DNA of 64,000 bases, from positions 2,914,001 to 2,978,000 of the forward strand of contig CAKKNE010000003.1 of NCBI GenBank assembly GCA_918797485.1, given 5' to 3'. Positions 1 to 9,111 of this stretch are shown here, piece after piece (position 1 is the first letter of the stretch; every line of letters begins with the position of its first letter). Source of the stretch: Pelagomonas calceolata (taxonomy: Eukaryota). Made by a program: the position numbers and the translations under genes. The notes under the pieces are model-generated. The model saw nothing but the letters and a program-made list of their open reading frames with translations. It did no database searches and was not told where the DNA came from.

Positions 1-1
1 G

Positions 2-646
2 GGGTCTGGCGACCACTTCGCCTTCGCCAATCAACCTGGCGCTGCTTTAGCGAACTGGGGGACCCTTGTGAGAAGCTTGGCCCCGTTGTTCGATGACCCG
101 GCGCCTTTACAAGCTTTGCTAGATGATGCGCACGGTTATTTTCAAGCCGCGGTCGACGATTGTTATAGACGCAAGCTGGGCTTTCCTGATGGTGTGGATG
201 CTTCTGATAAACCCAAGTCGTTGTGGCGGCGGCTCGAGCCTCAATTAAGGGGCCTGGACTACACGATCTTTTTCCGGGAACTGATGAACTGCGTCGAGGG
301 CGGCGACGCGTCTGTACTAGAGAAAGCGTGCTACGAGCCGCTGACGGAGGAGAAGCGGTCGTTCTTGAATGAATGGTTAAATGACTGGCGTTCCGCATTG
401 GGAGACACGGCGGGTGTCGCGGAGCGCATGCGTCGCGAGAACCCCAAACATATATTGAGGGAGTGGATGCTCGTCGAGGCGTATGATGCCGCCGGCGCGG
501 GCGACTGGTCCGTGGCCGAGGAGCTCCACGAATTGATCAGAGAGCCGTACGCTGATAGGGCGCAACTGGACAAAAAGTACTACCGGCGGGCGCCCGATGC
601 AGCTTTACGGCGGCCGGGGACGGCCTGGATGACCTGATCCTCGTAG
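2..646 (+). CDS. SELENOO: Selenoprotein O / YdiU-family protein adenylyltransferase, 3' part (5'-truncated by window); UGA at 635-637 read as Sec, stop TAG at 644-646
   Basis: Frame open from nt 2: HFAFANQPGAALANW, LDYTIFFREL, RMRRENPKHILREWML and ELHELIREPY are SelO motifs. Ends ATG ACC TGA TCC TCG TAG = MT-U-SS*, matching the U/C-S-S C-terminus of SelO. Confidence 0.9.
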
Positions 647-665
647 GTCCCCGTTTGCGTTCTCC

Positions 666-730
666 ACCCCCGCGTGATATATGACGTCGATGCGCGCTTC
701 GTTGGCGCGTATTGGCCGAGCCGCGGGGTT
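666..730 (+). promoter_or_regulatory. SECIS element (non-canonical apical loop) in the SelO 3' UTR
   Basis: Helix I CCCCGCG (668-674)/CGCGGGG (722-728); core ATGAC (681-685)...CGAG (717-720); 11-bp helix II GTCGATGCGCG/CGCGTATTGGC; loop CTTCGTTGG. Confidence 0.75.
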
Positions 731-835
731 TCGGGAACGCACCGTGCTCCTAGTGTCTTAAGGGAGCGTTCGTGTTTTATGTTGTTTCGTCGCGGCGATG
801 GCGTCTACTTGGTAGTGTTTTCGCGAGGAATTTAC

Positions 836-1450
836 TTAATCAGGCGCGAGCACGACGTCCAGCACCCGGTCGTGCGCCTCGCGCGGCACGCGCTCGGAGG
901 ACGGAAGCACCTGCGCGCCCAGGCACACGCCGACGGTCGCCGGCCGCGCGACCGCGGCGGCGTCGGCCGCCGCGTCGGCGCGCGCGAGCCAGTTGTCGTA
1001 GAAGCCCGCGCCGTGGCCGAGGCGGCCGTTGTCGCAGTCGAAGGCCACGCCTGGCACGACGACGAGGTCCACGCGCGCGTCGAGCGCGTCCTCCCGACTA
1101 TCGTCGCGCGGCGGCTCGGCGATGCCCCAGTTCGAGCGGGGAAACGCGTCAATGTCCGCCATGGAGAAGGCCTCGACCATGGCCATGTCCCGCGCCTTGA
1201 CGTCCTCGACGCGGGGCAGGAAGACGCGCTTGTTGGCCGCGAAGGCGGCCTCGAGGATGGGCGCCGTGTCAAGTTCGCCGGGCATGCTGCAGAAGGCGCA
1301 GACCTTCGTGGCGCTTTTCCAATTGTCCCGCGCGAAGAGGCGCTGGGCGACGCGGGCGCTCTCGCTCTGGATTTGAGTAGCTGGCAACGCAGCACAGACT
1401 GCCTTGATGGACCGGCGCAAGGCCTTTTTTGCGGCCAGGATTTCGACCAT
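836..1450 (-). CDS. MTHFS: 5-formyltetrahydrofolate cyclo-ligase
   Basis: AKKALRR N-terminus, WGIAEP, DLVVVPGVAFD, RLGHGAGFYD, HDRVLD. Confidence 0.92.
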   Translation of the reverse strand: MVEILAAKKALRRSIKAVCAALPATQIQSESARVAQRLFARDNWKSATKVCAFCSMPGELDTAPILEAAFAANKRVFLPRVEDVKARDMAMVEAFSMADIDAFPRSNWGIAEPPRDDSREDALDARVDLVVVPGVAFDCDNGRLGHGAGFYDNWLARADAAADAAAVARPATVGVCLGAQVLPSSERVPREAHDRVLDVVLAPD

Positions 1451-1824
1451 ATTGAGCTATTACAGCTGCACGGCACTTTTGCACAGCTACACTGGCTTGA
1501 GTGTGAACGCTCGTCCAGGCGTCGCAGCGATGGCGTGCTGTTCTCTGTGCTATCTGAGGCGCCTCTGCCAGCACGGCTGACCTTCGACGGCCGCCGTAAC
1601 TCGTGCTTTTGCCGCTGGCAAGTGCTTGCTAGTGTCTTACAACACGCTAGGTGCGGAGCGGACACCCGACGCGTGTACGCGGCACACACATCGCTGCACG
1701 ACGCGTGCTGCTATACACTCCTTCGGACTGGTGACTCGCGCTGTTCGACTCTTTGGGCATCCATCGACACCCAGCAGCTCGGTTACACGTGTAGACTGCC
1801 AGGTGTCGTTGCTCGGCGTCGCAG

Positions 1825-2598
1825 ATGCTGCTGATGCGCCGCGCAACGCGCCTGCAGCGGCGCCACCGCGCGTTCCTCGGCACCCTCGCCCTGGCCCAAG
1901 CGCGCGCCCGGCCAAACATCGTCGTATCCCCGGCGGACGGCCAACGCGTCGTCGCGCTGGACGGCAGTGCGAGCCTCACGCTGCGCCTCAGCACGCGACG
2001 ACGCGTCTGCGTCGCGGCGACGCTGCAGGGCCGAGCGCCAGCGCCGGAGCATTGTTTAGATGCGCCCCACGGGACGGTCGATTTGAGCCGTATTCCTCCA
2101 GGAAGGCACCGCTTCGCCGTCCGCGACGAGGCGTCCGGCGACACAGATGATATTAACATTGTCGTCGTCCAAAAATCTCCTGGAGAGTTCGTCGCAACAA
2201 AAGACTGGCAGCCGACGCACGGCGCGAGCGTCCCCGGCGGCCTCGACGTGCGCCTGCCCCTCGACGGCCGCGCGGCGGCCGCGAAGCTGCCAGACGAATG
2301 GCGCCTGCAGCTCTACATCGAGGAGCAGAAGGCGTTCTTCAGGGCGGACGTCAAGCCGTCGGACACGGTCGCGGATATTGAAGCGGCGCTGGGCCTCTGG
2401 GCGACCGTGCCCGCCGTGTTGAGTTATCGCGGCGGCGCGCCGTTCCACCCCCAAGCGACCGCGGAGAGTCTGGGTTTGTTCGAACAGCGGGGCGACGTCG
2501 TCGTGAGCTGGCCCGAGGGACCGCCGGCTCCGCTCGCGGCCGAGACGAGCAAGCCGGCCGCGGCGACGACGGCGCTCGTCGAAGCCTCGAGCCTGTAG
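1825..2598 (+). CDS. Hypothetical, probably secreted/ER protein with a SIL1-N-like motif and a ubiquitin-like C-terminal segment
   Basis: GC3-rich ORF; hydrophobic N-terminal stretch; FVATKDWQP..VPGGLDVRLPLDG; VKPSDTVADIEAAL. Confidence 0.6.
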   Translation: MLLMRRATRLQRRHRAFLGTLALAQARARPNIVVSPADGQRVVALDGSASLTLRLSTRRRVCVAATLQGRAPAPEHCLDAPHGTVDLSRIPPGRHRFAVRDEASGDTDDINIVVVQKSPGEFVATKDWQPTHGASVPGGLDVRLPLDGRAAAAKLPDEWRLQLYIEEQKAFFRADVKPSDTVADIEAALGLWATVPAVLSYRGGAPFHPQATAESLGLFEQRGDVVVSWPEGPPAPLAAETSKPAAATTALVEASSL

Positions 2599-2618
2599 TG
2601 TACTAATACAAGTTGTTA

Positions 2619-5600
2619 CTAGGAACCGCACGTGATCCGCATGCCCCCGTCCGGCGCGTCGCGCACGCAGCACGCGCCGAACACGGGCCGGCACGGCTTG
2701 TCGTAGAACTCGCGGTTCGTCGCGTCGGTCAGCGTGTCGAAGGCGTTGTGCAGGCCCCAGGCCCGCTTCGACACCTCGCCGAGCGGCTTGTCCAAAGTTC
2801 GAATCGTGAAGTTCGCCTCGACGGCCGCGTCGCGCGCCTGCCGCAGCAAGTCGTCCGCGAGCGCGACGCGCTGGCGACACCCCTCCAAAACTTTTCCGAG
2901 ACCCCGCGCGACGACCACCGCACCGGCCCGCGCACTTCCAACCCGCTTGGCCACGCGCGGCCACGGCGCGCCCTCGCTCAGCGACGCGTGGCGCCGTTCC
3001 AGCTCCGCGAGCTCGGCGCCGAGGGCGGCGCTCCCGATCGACGTCAGCTTCAAAACCTTGGGCGGCTTCTTGACCTGTTTGTGGCGATGCTTCGCGAGGT
3101 GCGCGTCGACGCGCTTCAATTGGCCCTGTTCTTCCACCAGCGCGCCGCCCTTGATAAGTTCGTTGAGGACCGACGAGGCCAGCTTCGTAGAATTCAACAC
3201 CGCCTCGGCCTTCGCTTTTGCTTGAGGCTCCTCTATCTGATTATTTTCGAAGAAAGCTTCGATAAGCACCCGCCGCGCGTCCTCGGAGAACTGGCTCGCG
3301 TTCCGCGCCGCGACGAAGGTGACGGCGCGGTCCCTTTTCAAGTCGTTGCGCGCCATGGCCACGGCGACGCGCGCCGCGGAGGCCGTCGCGTTCGCATGCG
3401 AGAGCAAGGCTCGCGCCGCTGCTCGTAGCGACGCGGCCCGCTCTCTTAATTTTTGAGCGTTCGCCAGTAATCTTTCAAACAGCTCCAACGGCTCTTGGAG
3501 CTCCAGGGAGACCCGCGCGTAACTTGATACAAGAGTATCATTGTCCGAGTCGCGCACGGCACCTAAGGCAGCGTAATAATCGATGCCGTCGGGAGTTGCT
3601 TTTTCGTTCCACCGGTACTCCATGGCGTGGTCCGCGTACTGTTTCGCGAGCGAGACCATATCTTCATCACAATTATTTGGAGGCGGTGGTCCGAGCGCTT
3701 CGCAGACATACGTAGCGAAGCGCTTCAACGAAGGCTCGCAGTCGGGATCGACTCGTGGCAACGGGTCCTCGCCGCCCGTCACGAGCCGCAACGCCTCCAA
3801 AGCTTTCTTGTCGGCGCCGAAGGGCCACGCCGTCGTGTTGGGCACGTGGTAGTGGAAGGGGTTGTAGTCGCCGGCGCACGGCGGCCAGTCCTCCGGATAA
3901 TATCTAAACGTATAGGTCAATCCTAACCATTCCAAAGGCATCTCAAATAATAAAACACGCGGTCGGTAGATGGGAGGAGCGCAGCCCCGCGCCGGCGGTC
4001 CGTGTGCGGGAAACGGGTTCTTACATACTTCTTCCAGAAATCGTTTCTGCACGCCGAGCGCGGTATAATTCGGCTGGATCAGTTCATTCAAGTGGGCCTG
4101 GCGGTAGACCGCGTCCGAAGCCGTTTCATGTTCGTACACGGCAATCGGGCCGGCGCCCTCGCCCTTCTGGCCCCCCGTCAGAAAGCGATCATTTTCATCG
4201 ACGACCAGGAACTCGAGCGACATATTCACCCGCTTCCTCTGCTGGAAGGCCTCGGCTGATTTACGTCGGAGCGCTTCCTTGTAATCTGTTAAAGATTCAA
4301 TCAGCACGCCGTCGACCCTCCGCAATTTCATGCCTTGGAACAACTCTCTCCGGTCGGCCTCCGAGTCGTTGTGCGCCCCAAGCACCTGCAGGTTGCTATT
4401 GCCCGCCCAGCCTTTTATACCAAAGTCGTAGACCGTCGGGACACATGCGGCTTCTATGAGTAGTTGAATCTTGTGCAGGGAGACACTCTCCACGGCTTTC
4501 GTGGCAGCCTCACAGGCCTCGGGGTCCGCCGGTGCTGATGAATTCTTCTTCTCTGGCTCCGTCGTATTGGTCGCGTTGCTCTCAATGCCTTCGACGTCGT
4601 CCAGGAACTGTTTCTCGATGTCCTCGCGCGCCTTGTCGGCCTCGCGCTCGGCCTCGTCCCGCCGCATCTTCTTCCGGCGGCGCCAGGCGTCCTTGTCGAG
4701 CTTCTTTGGGGGAGGCGGCGCACAAGCCTTAATACGATCCATCAATAAATCGTCGTAGTCCGCCCTTTTTGACAACGCGTCGCCGCAGTCGCGGTCGTCG
4801 TGCTTCCTGGGGAGAGTAGAGTTGAATTGCAATGTTTTGGTCGCGCCGGGCCGCTCGACGTCACTCCGCGCGACGATCTCCTCGGCCCGTGCACATAACT
4901 TGGCGTCGGCGTGGCCGTACTCGGGGTTGCAGCTTAATGCGGTTAAAGCTCTTCTTTTGAACCTAGCGTTGTCCGTATGTAACTCCGTCTCATTCGTCAC
5001 ATTTCTCGAAAACCACAGCTCCCTAACTCCATCGACGACCTGGTCGCCCTCGAGCACCTCAATAAACGCGTCCTCGAGCGGTTCTGGCCACGCCAACGCT
5101 TCCTGCGTCGCGACGTCCACAAACGCCTTCCACACTCGCGCTTTTCGCCTAGAGCACGTAACCCTCGGCTTGGCGCATAACGTGGCGGCCAACTGCTTGT
5201 AGAACGGGCAGCCCTCGCAGCCCCGTTCGGCCGCGAAGGCCCACGCTAAATCGTGGCCTTCTTCTCCTTCCACAATGGGCAGATCCCCCACATGGGCCAT
5301 GCGCCCGCCAGGCCCGAAGGGCCCCCGCACGGGCATCACCTCCAGGACCCAGCTCAGGCGCTGGCAGTTCTGCAAGGGCGATCTTCGCGGGAGCAATTTC
5401 ACGGGGTACTCGCCGCAGACCTCTCTTATGAGACGTTTCGCGTCGTCGTCCGAAAAGCCGACCCTATCACAAAAGGCCTTGACGGCGTCGGCCGGCTCCT
5501 CGCCCTCCCAGACTTGGAGAAGAGCCGGCGTCGCATCGATCAAAGCAATGGTGCCATTGACCGACCGCACGGGCGCGCTCTTGAAGACGAGGGCCTGCTG

Positions 5601-6434
5601 CCTCGAACATCTGTAGCGCCACTTTTTGGCGTCCTTGCCGCACAAATTCTGCAGGAGCTGCCTCCTCCCGAACGCGGTGACCTCGTCATGGTATTGCGAG
5701 AAATTGTAAATCGCGTCGGCGGCCTCCTCGTAGTCATGTAGCACGAGATCACCAATAACGCCCTTCTCGCCGCCCAAATTGATGGGCACCACCCTACTTA
5801 TATGCTTGTGGTGCCCGAGCAGTTCGTGCTCGCCGCAGGCGAACAGCTCGGGGTGCGCTAAATCGGTACATAACGCGTCGACCAACGCCGGCGCGAACCA
5901 CTCCACGTCGATAACCGTGTGTAAATTCGCCGCCCGGACCAGACCGCCGACCGCGTCGAGCGGCGACTGCCCCTCCCACACTTCTAATCGGCCAGGTAGT
6001 TTCTGGGTCATGTTCTCGTCGCGCGGGTCGAGGACGTCCCTATCCAATATCAGAGCGCTCTGCCGCGTGCAGGGCGGTCGCAACGCGCCTTTCACTAGAC
6101 CCTGGCCCCGGCACACCGCCTCCTGCAGCTGGCGCGTGCCCCGTCGCGGCGCGCCCTTCACCAAGCCGAAGGCGTAGGCCGCGTCGGCGACCTCCTCGCG
6201 GCCGCTCAGTTCGAGGAAACCCGTGTCCTTGTCTCCGTCGCTCACGGTGATGCGGTGCTTGATTTCGTCCAATTGGAGCGGGAACCGTAACAACGCGTCG
6301 ACGCTCCGTCGTATCGACTCGTCGATGACTTCGGGTTCCTCCTCGTCCGCTGCCGGTTCCTCGTCGTACACCTCGACGTCGTCCGCGGCGCACGCGTACG
6401 CGTAGAGGAGGACGAGGAGCGCTCCGAGGCGCAT
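2619..6434 (-). CDS. Large secreted/ER protein with about 7 internal repeats and a split J-domain-like C-terminus
   Basis: 1271-aa ORF; signal peptide MRLGALLVLLYAYACAA; repeated LxVxEGEExxDA..F..C..CxR units; DYYAALG...LHNAFDTLTDATNREFYD. Confidence 0.8.
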   Translation of the reverse strand: MRLGALLVLLYAYACAADDVEVYDEEPAADEEEPEVIDESIRRSVDALLRFPLQLDEIKHRITVSDGDKDTGFLELSGREEVADAAYAFGLVKGAPRRGTRQLQEAVCRGQGLVKGALRPPCTRQSALILDRDVLDPRDENMTQKLPGRLEVWEGQSPLDAVGGLVRAANLHTVIDVEWFAPALVDALCTDLAHPELFACGEHELLGHHKHISRVVPINLGGEKGVIGDLVLHDYEEAADAIYNFSQYHDEVTAFGRRQLLQNLCGKDAKKWRYRCSRQQALVFKSAPVRSVNGTIALIDATPALLQVWEGEEPADAVKAFCDRVGFSDDDAKRLIREVCGEYPVKLLPRRSPLQNCQRLSWVLEVMPVRGPFGPGGRMAHVGDLPIVEGEEGHDLAWAFAAERGCEGCPFYKQLAATLCAKPRVTCSRRKARVWKAFVDVATQEALAWPEPLEDAFIEVLEGDQVVDGVRELWFSRNVTNETELHTDNARFKRRALTALSCNPEYGHADAKLCARAEEIVARSDVERPGATKTLQFNSTLPRKHDDRDCGDALSKRADYDDLLMDRIKACAPPPPKKLDKDAWRRRKKMRRDEAEREADKAREDIEKQFLDDVEGIESNATNTTEPEKKNSSAPADPEACEAATKAVESVSLHKIQLLIEAACVPTVYDFGIKGWAGNSNLQVLGAHNDSEADRRELFQGMKLRRVDGVLIESLTDYKEALRRKSAEAFQQRKRVNMSLEFLVVDENDRFLTGGQKGEGAGPIAVYEHETASDAVYRQAHLNELIQPNYTALGVQKRFLEEVCKNPFPAHGPPARGCAPPIYRPRVLLFEMPLEWLGLTYTFRYYPEDWPPCAGDYNPFHYHVPNTTAWPFGADKKALEALRLVTGGEDPLPRVDPDCEPSLKRFATYVCEALGPPPPNNCDEDMVSLAKQYADHAMEYRWNEKATPDGIDYYAALGAVRDSDNDTLVSSYARVSLELQEPLELFERLLANAQKLRERAASLRAAARALLSHANATASAARVAVAMARNDLKRDRAVTFVAARNASQFSEDARRVLIEAFFENNQIEEPQAKAKAEAVLNSTKLASSVLNELIKGGALVEEQGQLKRVDAHLAKHRHKQVKKPPKVLKLTSIGSAALGAELAELERRHASLSEGAPWPRVAKRVGSARAGAVVVARGLGKVLEGCRQRVALADDLLRQARDAAVEANFTIRTLDKPLGEVSKRAWGLHNAFDTLTDATNREFYDKPCRPVFGACCVRDAPDGGMRITCGS

Positions 6435-6647
6435 GGTGCTAGGTCATCATTGTGGGCTGCCCTTGACCGTCCGTTGCGGCCGACGCCTTCTTTAGCTGCA
6501 AAGTACGTCTCGGTCCACCGGTGTGGCTGCCCGACGCGAGCCAACAATTCCGCTTGGCTAGTGTGTTACAGGTCGCTAGCTCTGCGCTCCGGCGGCTCGC
6601 ACTTTTCCAGTGGACGAGCGCTCACAACGTTGCGAGGGACGACCGAA

Positions 6648-7511
6648 ATGACCGAAATGGCGTCGCCCGCCACGCCCTCGGCAGCAGCCATGCGTTCGGC
6701 CGAGGAATCGAAGCGATGCGATGACGCCGTCGACGCACCCGAAAACGCATTGCTACAACGCAGACTGTTACAAACGCGGCGCTGCCTCCAACTCGCGCTA
6801 GCCATGGCTTTCTTCGGCACCGGGCTGATCTTCCTGCTGTGGTACACGGGCGGCGGCTGCGCCCTCGCGCGGCACGGGCGCCGCCGCGACTACACGGAGC
6901 TGCGCATCTCCTACATGCTCTGCTGCCCGAGTATCTACGTCGTCGGCGTCGTGGGTTACGCGGGAGGCGCGTTGCTCGCCCTGGTCGCGCTCGCGCTCCA
7001 CGACCGCGAGGTGTCGGCGGCGGCGACGGCGGCGCTCGGCCGCACGTGCAGCGGGTGCTGCTGGCGGACGACGCGCGACGGGCGCTGCTTTTGTTCGCTG
7101 AGCGCGGGCGCGACGGCGCTGGCCTTCGCGTACGTGGCCCTGGTGGGCCTCTTCCTGCTGGCGATGTTTCCCGTGCGGCCCTGTTCCCAGCGCCTGGCCC
7201 CGGGCCGCGGCTGGCCCCACGCGCTCGGGTCGCTGCTCTTCTTCTTTAGCGGCGACGGGCTCCTGGGCACGTTGCTCTTCGCCTGCGACGACGAGGGCGC
7301 CTACGGCTTCATGCGAGGAGCCGTGGCCTTCAAGGTCGCGTCGCTGGTCGCGCTCGTCGCGTCGCTCGCCGCGGCCTTCGCCGGCGCGCCCGGCCTCGCG
7401 TCGCAGGGCCTCGCCGTGCTCACGATCTGGCTCGCGGCGCTGGCCTTCGAGCGCGAGCTGGCGCGCGGCGGGGAGGTGCTGCGCGAAAAGCAGCCCGTCA
7501 GTGATGTCTAA
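6648..7511 (+). CDS. Multi-pass membrane protein (possibly DRAM/Frag1/Sfk1-like)
   Basis: About 6 hydrophobic helices; HALGSLLFFF resembles the H-x-LGA-x-LFF helix of DRAM/Frag1. Family call is weak. Confidence 0.6.
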   Translation: MTEMASPATPSAAAMRSAEESKRCDDAVDAPENALLQRRLLQTRRCLQLALAMAFFGTGLIFLLWYTGGGCALARHGRRRDYTELRISYMLCCPSIYVVGVVGYAGGALLALVALALHDREVSAAATAALGRTCSGCCWRTTRDGRCFCSLSAGATALAFAYVALVGLFLLAMFPVRPCSQRLAPGRGWPHALGSLLFFFSGDGLLGTLLFACDDEGAYGFMRGAVAFKVASLVALVASLAAAFAGAPGLASQGLAVLTIWLAALAFERELARGGEVLREKQPVSDV

Positions 7512-7536
7512 GTTTTGGTGTTGTTACAAATCACAA

Positions 7537-8037
7537 TTAGTCCGGGACGTCGTCGGCAAAAAATCGCGACGGCGGTGCCCGCTCTTCCTCGAGCAGGGCC
7601 TCGACGATGAGCGCGGCCGCCGCGGCGTCCTCCGCGCCGTGCGTGGTCGCCGCGCCGGCCTCGCCGAGTGCGTGCCGCGCGGCCTGTGTCGTGAAGCGCT
7701 CGTCCACGAAGACGACGGGCGGCAGGGCGGCCTCGGCGCGTACCGCGTCGACGAACGCCCGCACCGCCGCGCATCGTTCGCCCGCGACGCCCGACGGCTC
7801 GAGGGGCCACCCGACCGCCAGGAGTGCCGCGCGGTGCCGCGTCGCCGCCGCCGCGATCTTACCACTCACCGCGCGGACGTCGCGGGCCGCGCGTTTGATG
7901 GTGCCGAGCGGCAGCGCGCCGCCGCCCGGGCCGGAGACGGCGAGGCCGACGCGCGACGGCGAGACGTCGAGGCCCAGGGCCGGGCTCCGGGTCTTGCGGA
8001 GCAGCGCCCGCGCGGCGGCGGGCGTGAGGATGGCCAT
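7537..8037 (-). CDS. yqgF: YqgF/RuvX-family RNase H-fold nuclease (pre-rRNA processing, organellar)
   Basis: LGLDVSPSRVGLAVS, VGWPL, FVDERFTTQAA, EDAAAAALIVE. Confidence 0.85.
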   Translation of the reverse strand: MAILTPAAARALLRKTRSPALGLDVSPSRVGLAVSGPGGGALPLGTIKRAARDVRAVSGKIAAAATRHRAALLAVGWPLEPSGVAGERCAAVRAFVDAVRAEAALPPVVFVDERFTTQAARHALGEAGAATTHGAEDAAAAALIVEALLEEERAPPSRFFADDVPD

Positions 8038-8125
8038 CGCTGCGGCTACTATGGTGCCATCATCGTGCGCTGGCCTGCTCACGAAGCCTCCTCAAGCAGG
8101 CACTCACAAAGGGCCTGCGCTAATA

Positions 8126-8175
8126 GCTAGCGGCTGTAAGGCACTAGCAATTTGCTAGTGTGTTACAGCGCTAGC
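8126..8175. promoter_or_regulatory. Inverted pair of the recurrent CTAGTGnnTTAC..CGCTAG element in a divergent promoter
   Basis: Minus copy 8126-8147 and plus copy 8155-8175; the same element occurs at 1629, 6558, 10449, 14652, 17664(-), 20543, 33519, 41459, 46399. Confidence 0.7.
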
Positions 8176-8287
8176 TGATTTTGCAGCTCAGGAGCCTATA
8201 GGAGCCTCGAAGGCGGGCGCAGCGCCTCGAAGGCGGGCGCAGCGCTGGGCCAGCGCAGGAGACGCTAGTTGAGCACCGATCGCCGCC

Positions 8288-8782
8288 ATGGATCCACCAA
8301 AGGGCAAGCGCATCGGCAAGAAGGGAGGCATTCTCATGGTAAGCCCGCCCGGTAGGCAGCCCGCGAAGAAGAAGCGACGGTCGGCGGCGTCGTTCAGCGG
8401 CGGCGGCCAAAGTCTCGGCAACGGGAGCGCCGCGTCGTCGAGCGGCGGCGGCCGTGCGTCCAGTGCGCCCGCCGCGCCCGCAGGAGAGTCCGCCGCGCCC
8501 GCGGCGTCGCCGCGCGGCGCCGACGACGCGGCCGCGCGGGCCGAGCGCCTCGCCGCGTTCGAGCGCCGCGCCGCGGCGGGCGCGCAGCGCGAGCGATTGA
8601 ACGAGTTCGAGTGCGCGATCTGCCTCGAGGCGTTCAAGGGCTCGGCCTGCCCGGACGGCCGGGACCGGGTCGCGTGCCTGCCCTGCGGCCACGCGATGTT
8701 CTGCGCGCCGTGCGCCGCGAAGTTTCGGCGGTGCCCGCAGGGTTGTGACGGGTTCCGCGGGATCCTGAAGCTATTCCTCTAA
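8288..8782 (+). CDS. RING-finger protein (C3HC4-type)
   Basis: ECAICLE...LPCGHAMFCAPCA..CPQGC at the C-terminus. Confidence 0.8.
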   Translation: MDPPKGKRIGKKGGILMVSPPGRQPAKKKRRSAASFSGGGQSLGNGSAASSSGGGRASSAPAAPAGESAAPAASPRGADDAAARAERLAAFERRAAAGAQRERLNEFECAICLEAFKGSACPDGRDRVACLPCGHAMFCAPCAAKFRRCPQGCDGFRGILKLFL

Positions 8783-9111
8783 TGTTGTTTCTTGTACTAG
8801 TACTAGCAGTAATAGGTGGTTAAGGATGGAAGCAGGGGTACGCAGAGGCGCGGCGCAGCCCTACGAGTGCCGGCGGCAGCCTTTCGGAGGCGCCGGTTGG
8901 TTCTGCTCTCCAAACAAGATCGAGAGAAGATACCTAGTTCGTTCCCCAGGCTTGCCAGAATTGTCATGTAGCATTCGCCCGGCGGCCGACATGATGGTAG
9001 GGGAACGCGGACGCGTGCGGGAGGCCTCCGCGAAAACCCGCGCTCTCGCAAATCTCCATCGGGCTGCCCGCGGCAGCGACGACACGAGCGACGACACGAT
9101 GCACGGCAGCG

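Noticed and set aside
674..1834. Long antisense/overlapping ORFs (e.g. 674-1834+, 54905-56158+, 54831-56219-, 18913-20190+)
   Set aside because: Shadow ORFs of real genes caused by very high GC3; Arg/Ala/Gly-rich with no motifs.
7537..8037. YqgF as a transposase or bacterial contaminant
   Set aside because: Same codon style as neighbours, shares the promoter element, and organelle-targeted YqgF is common in algae.
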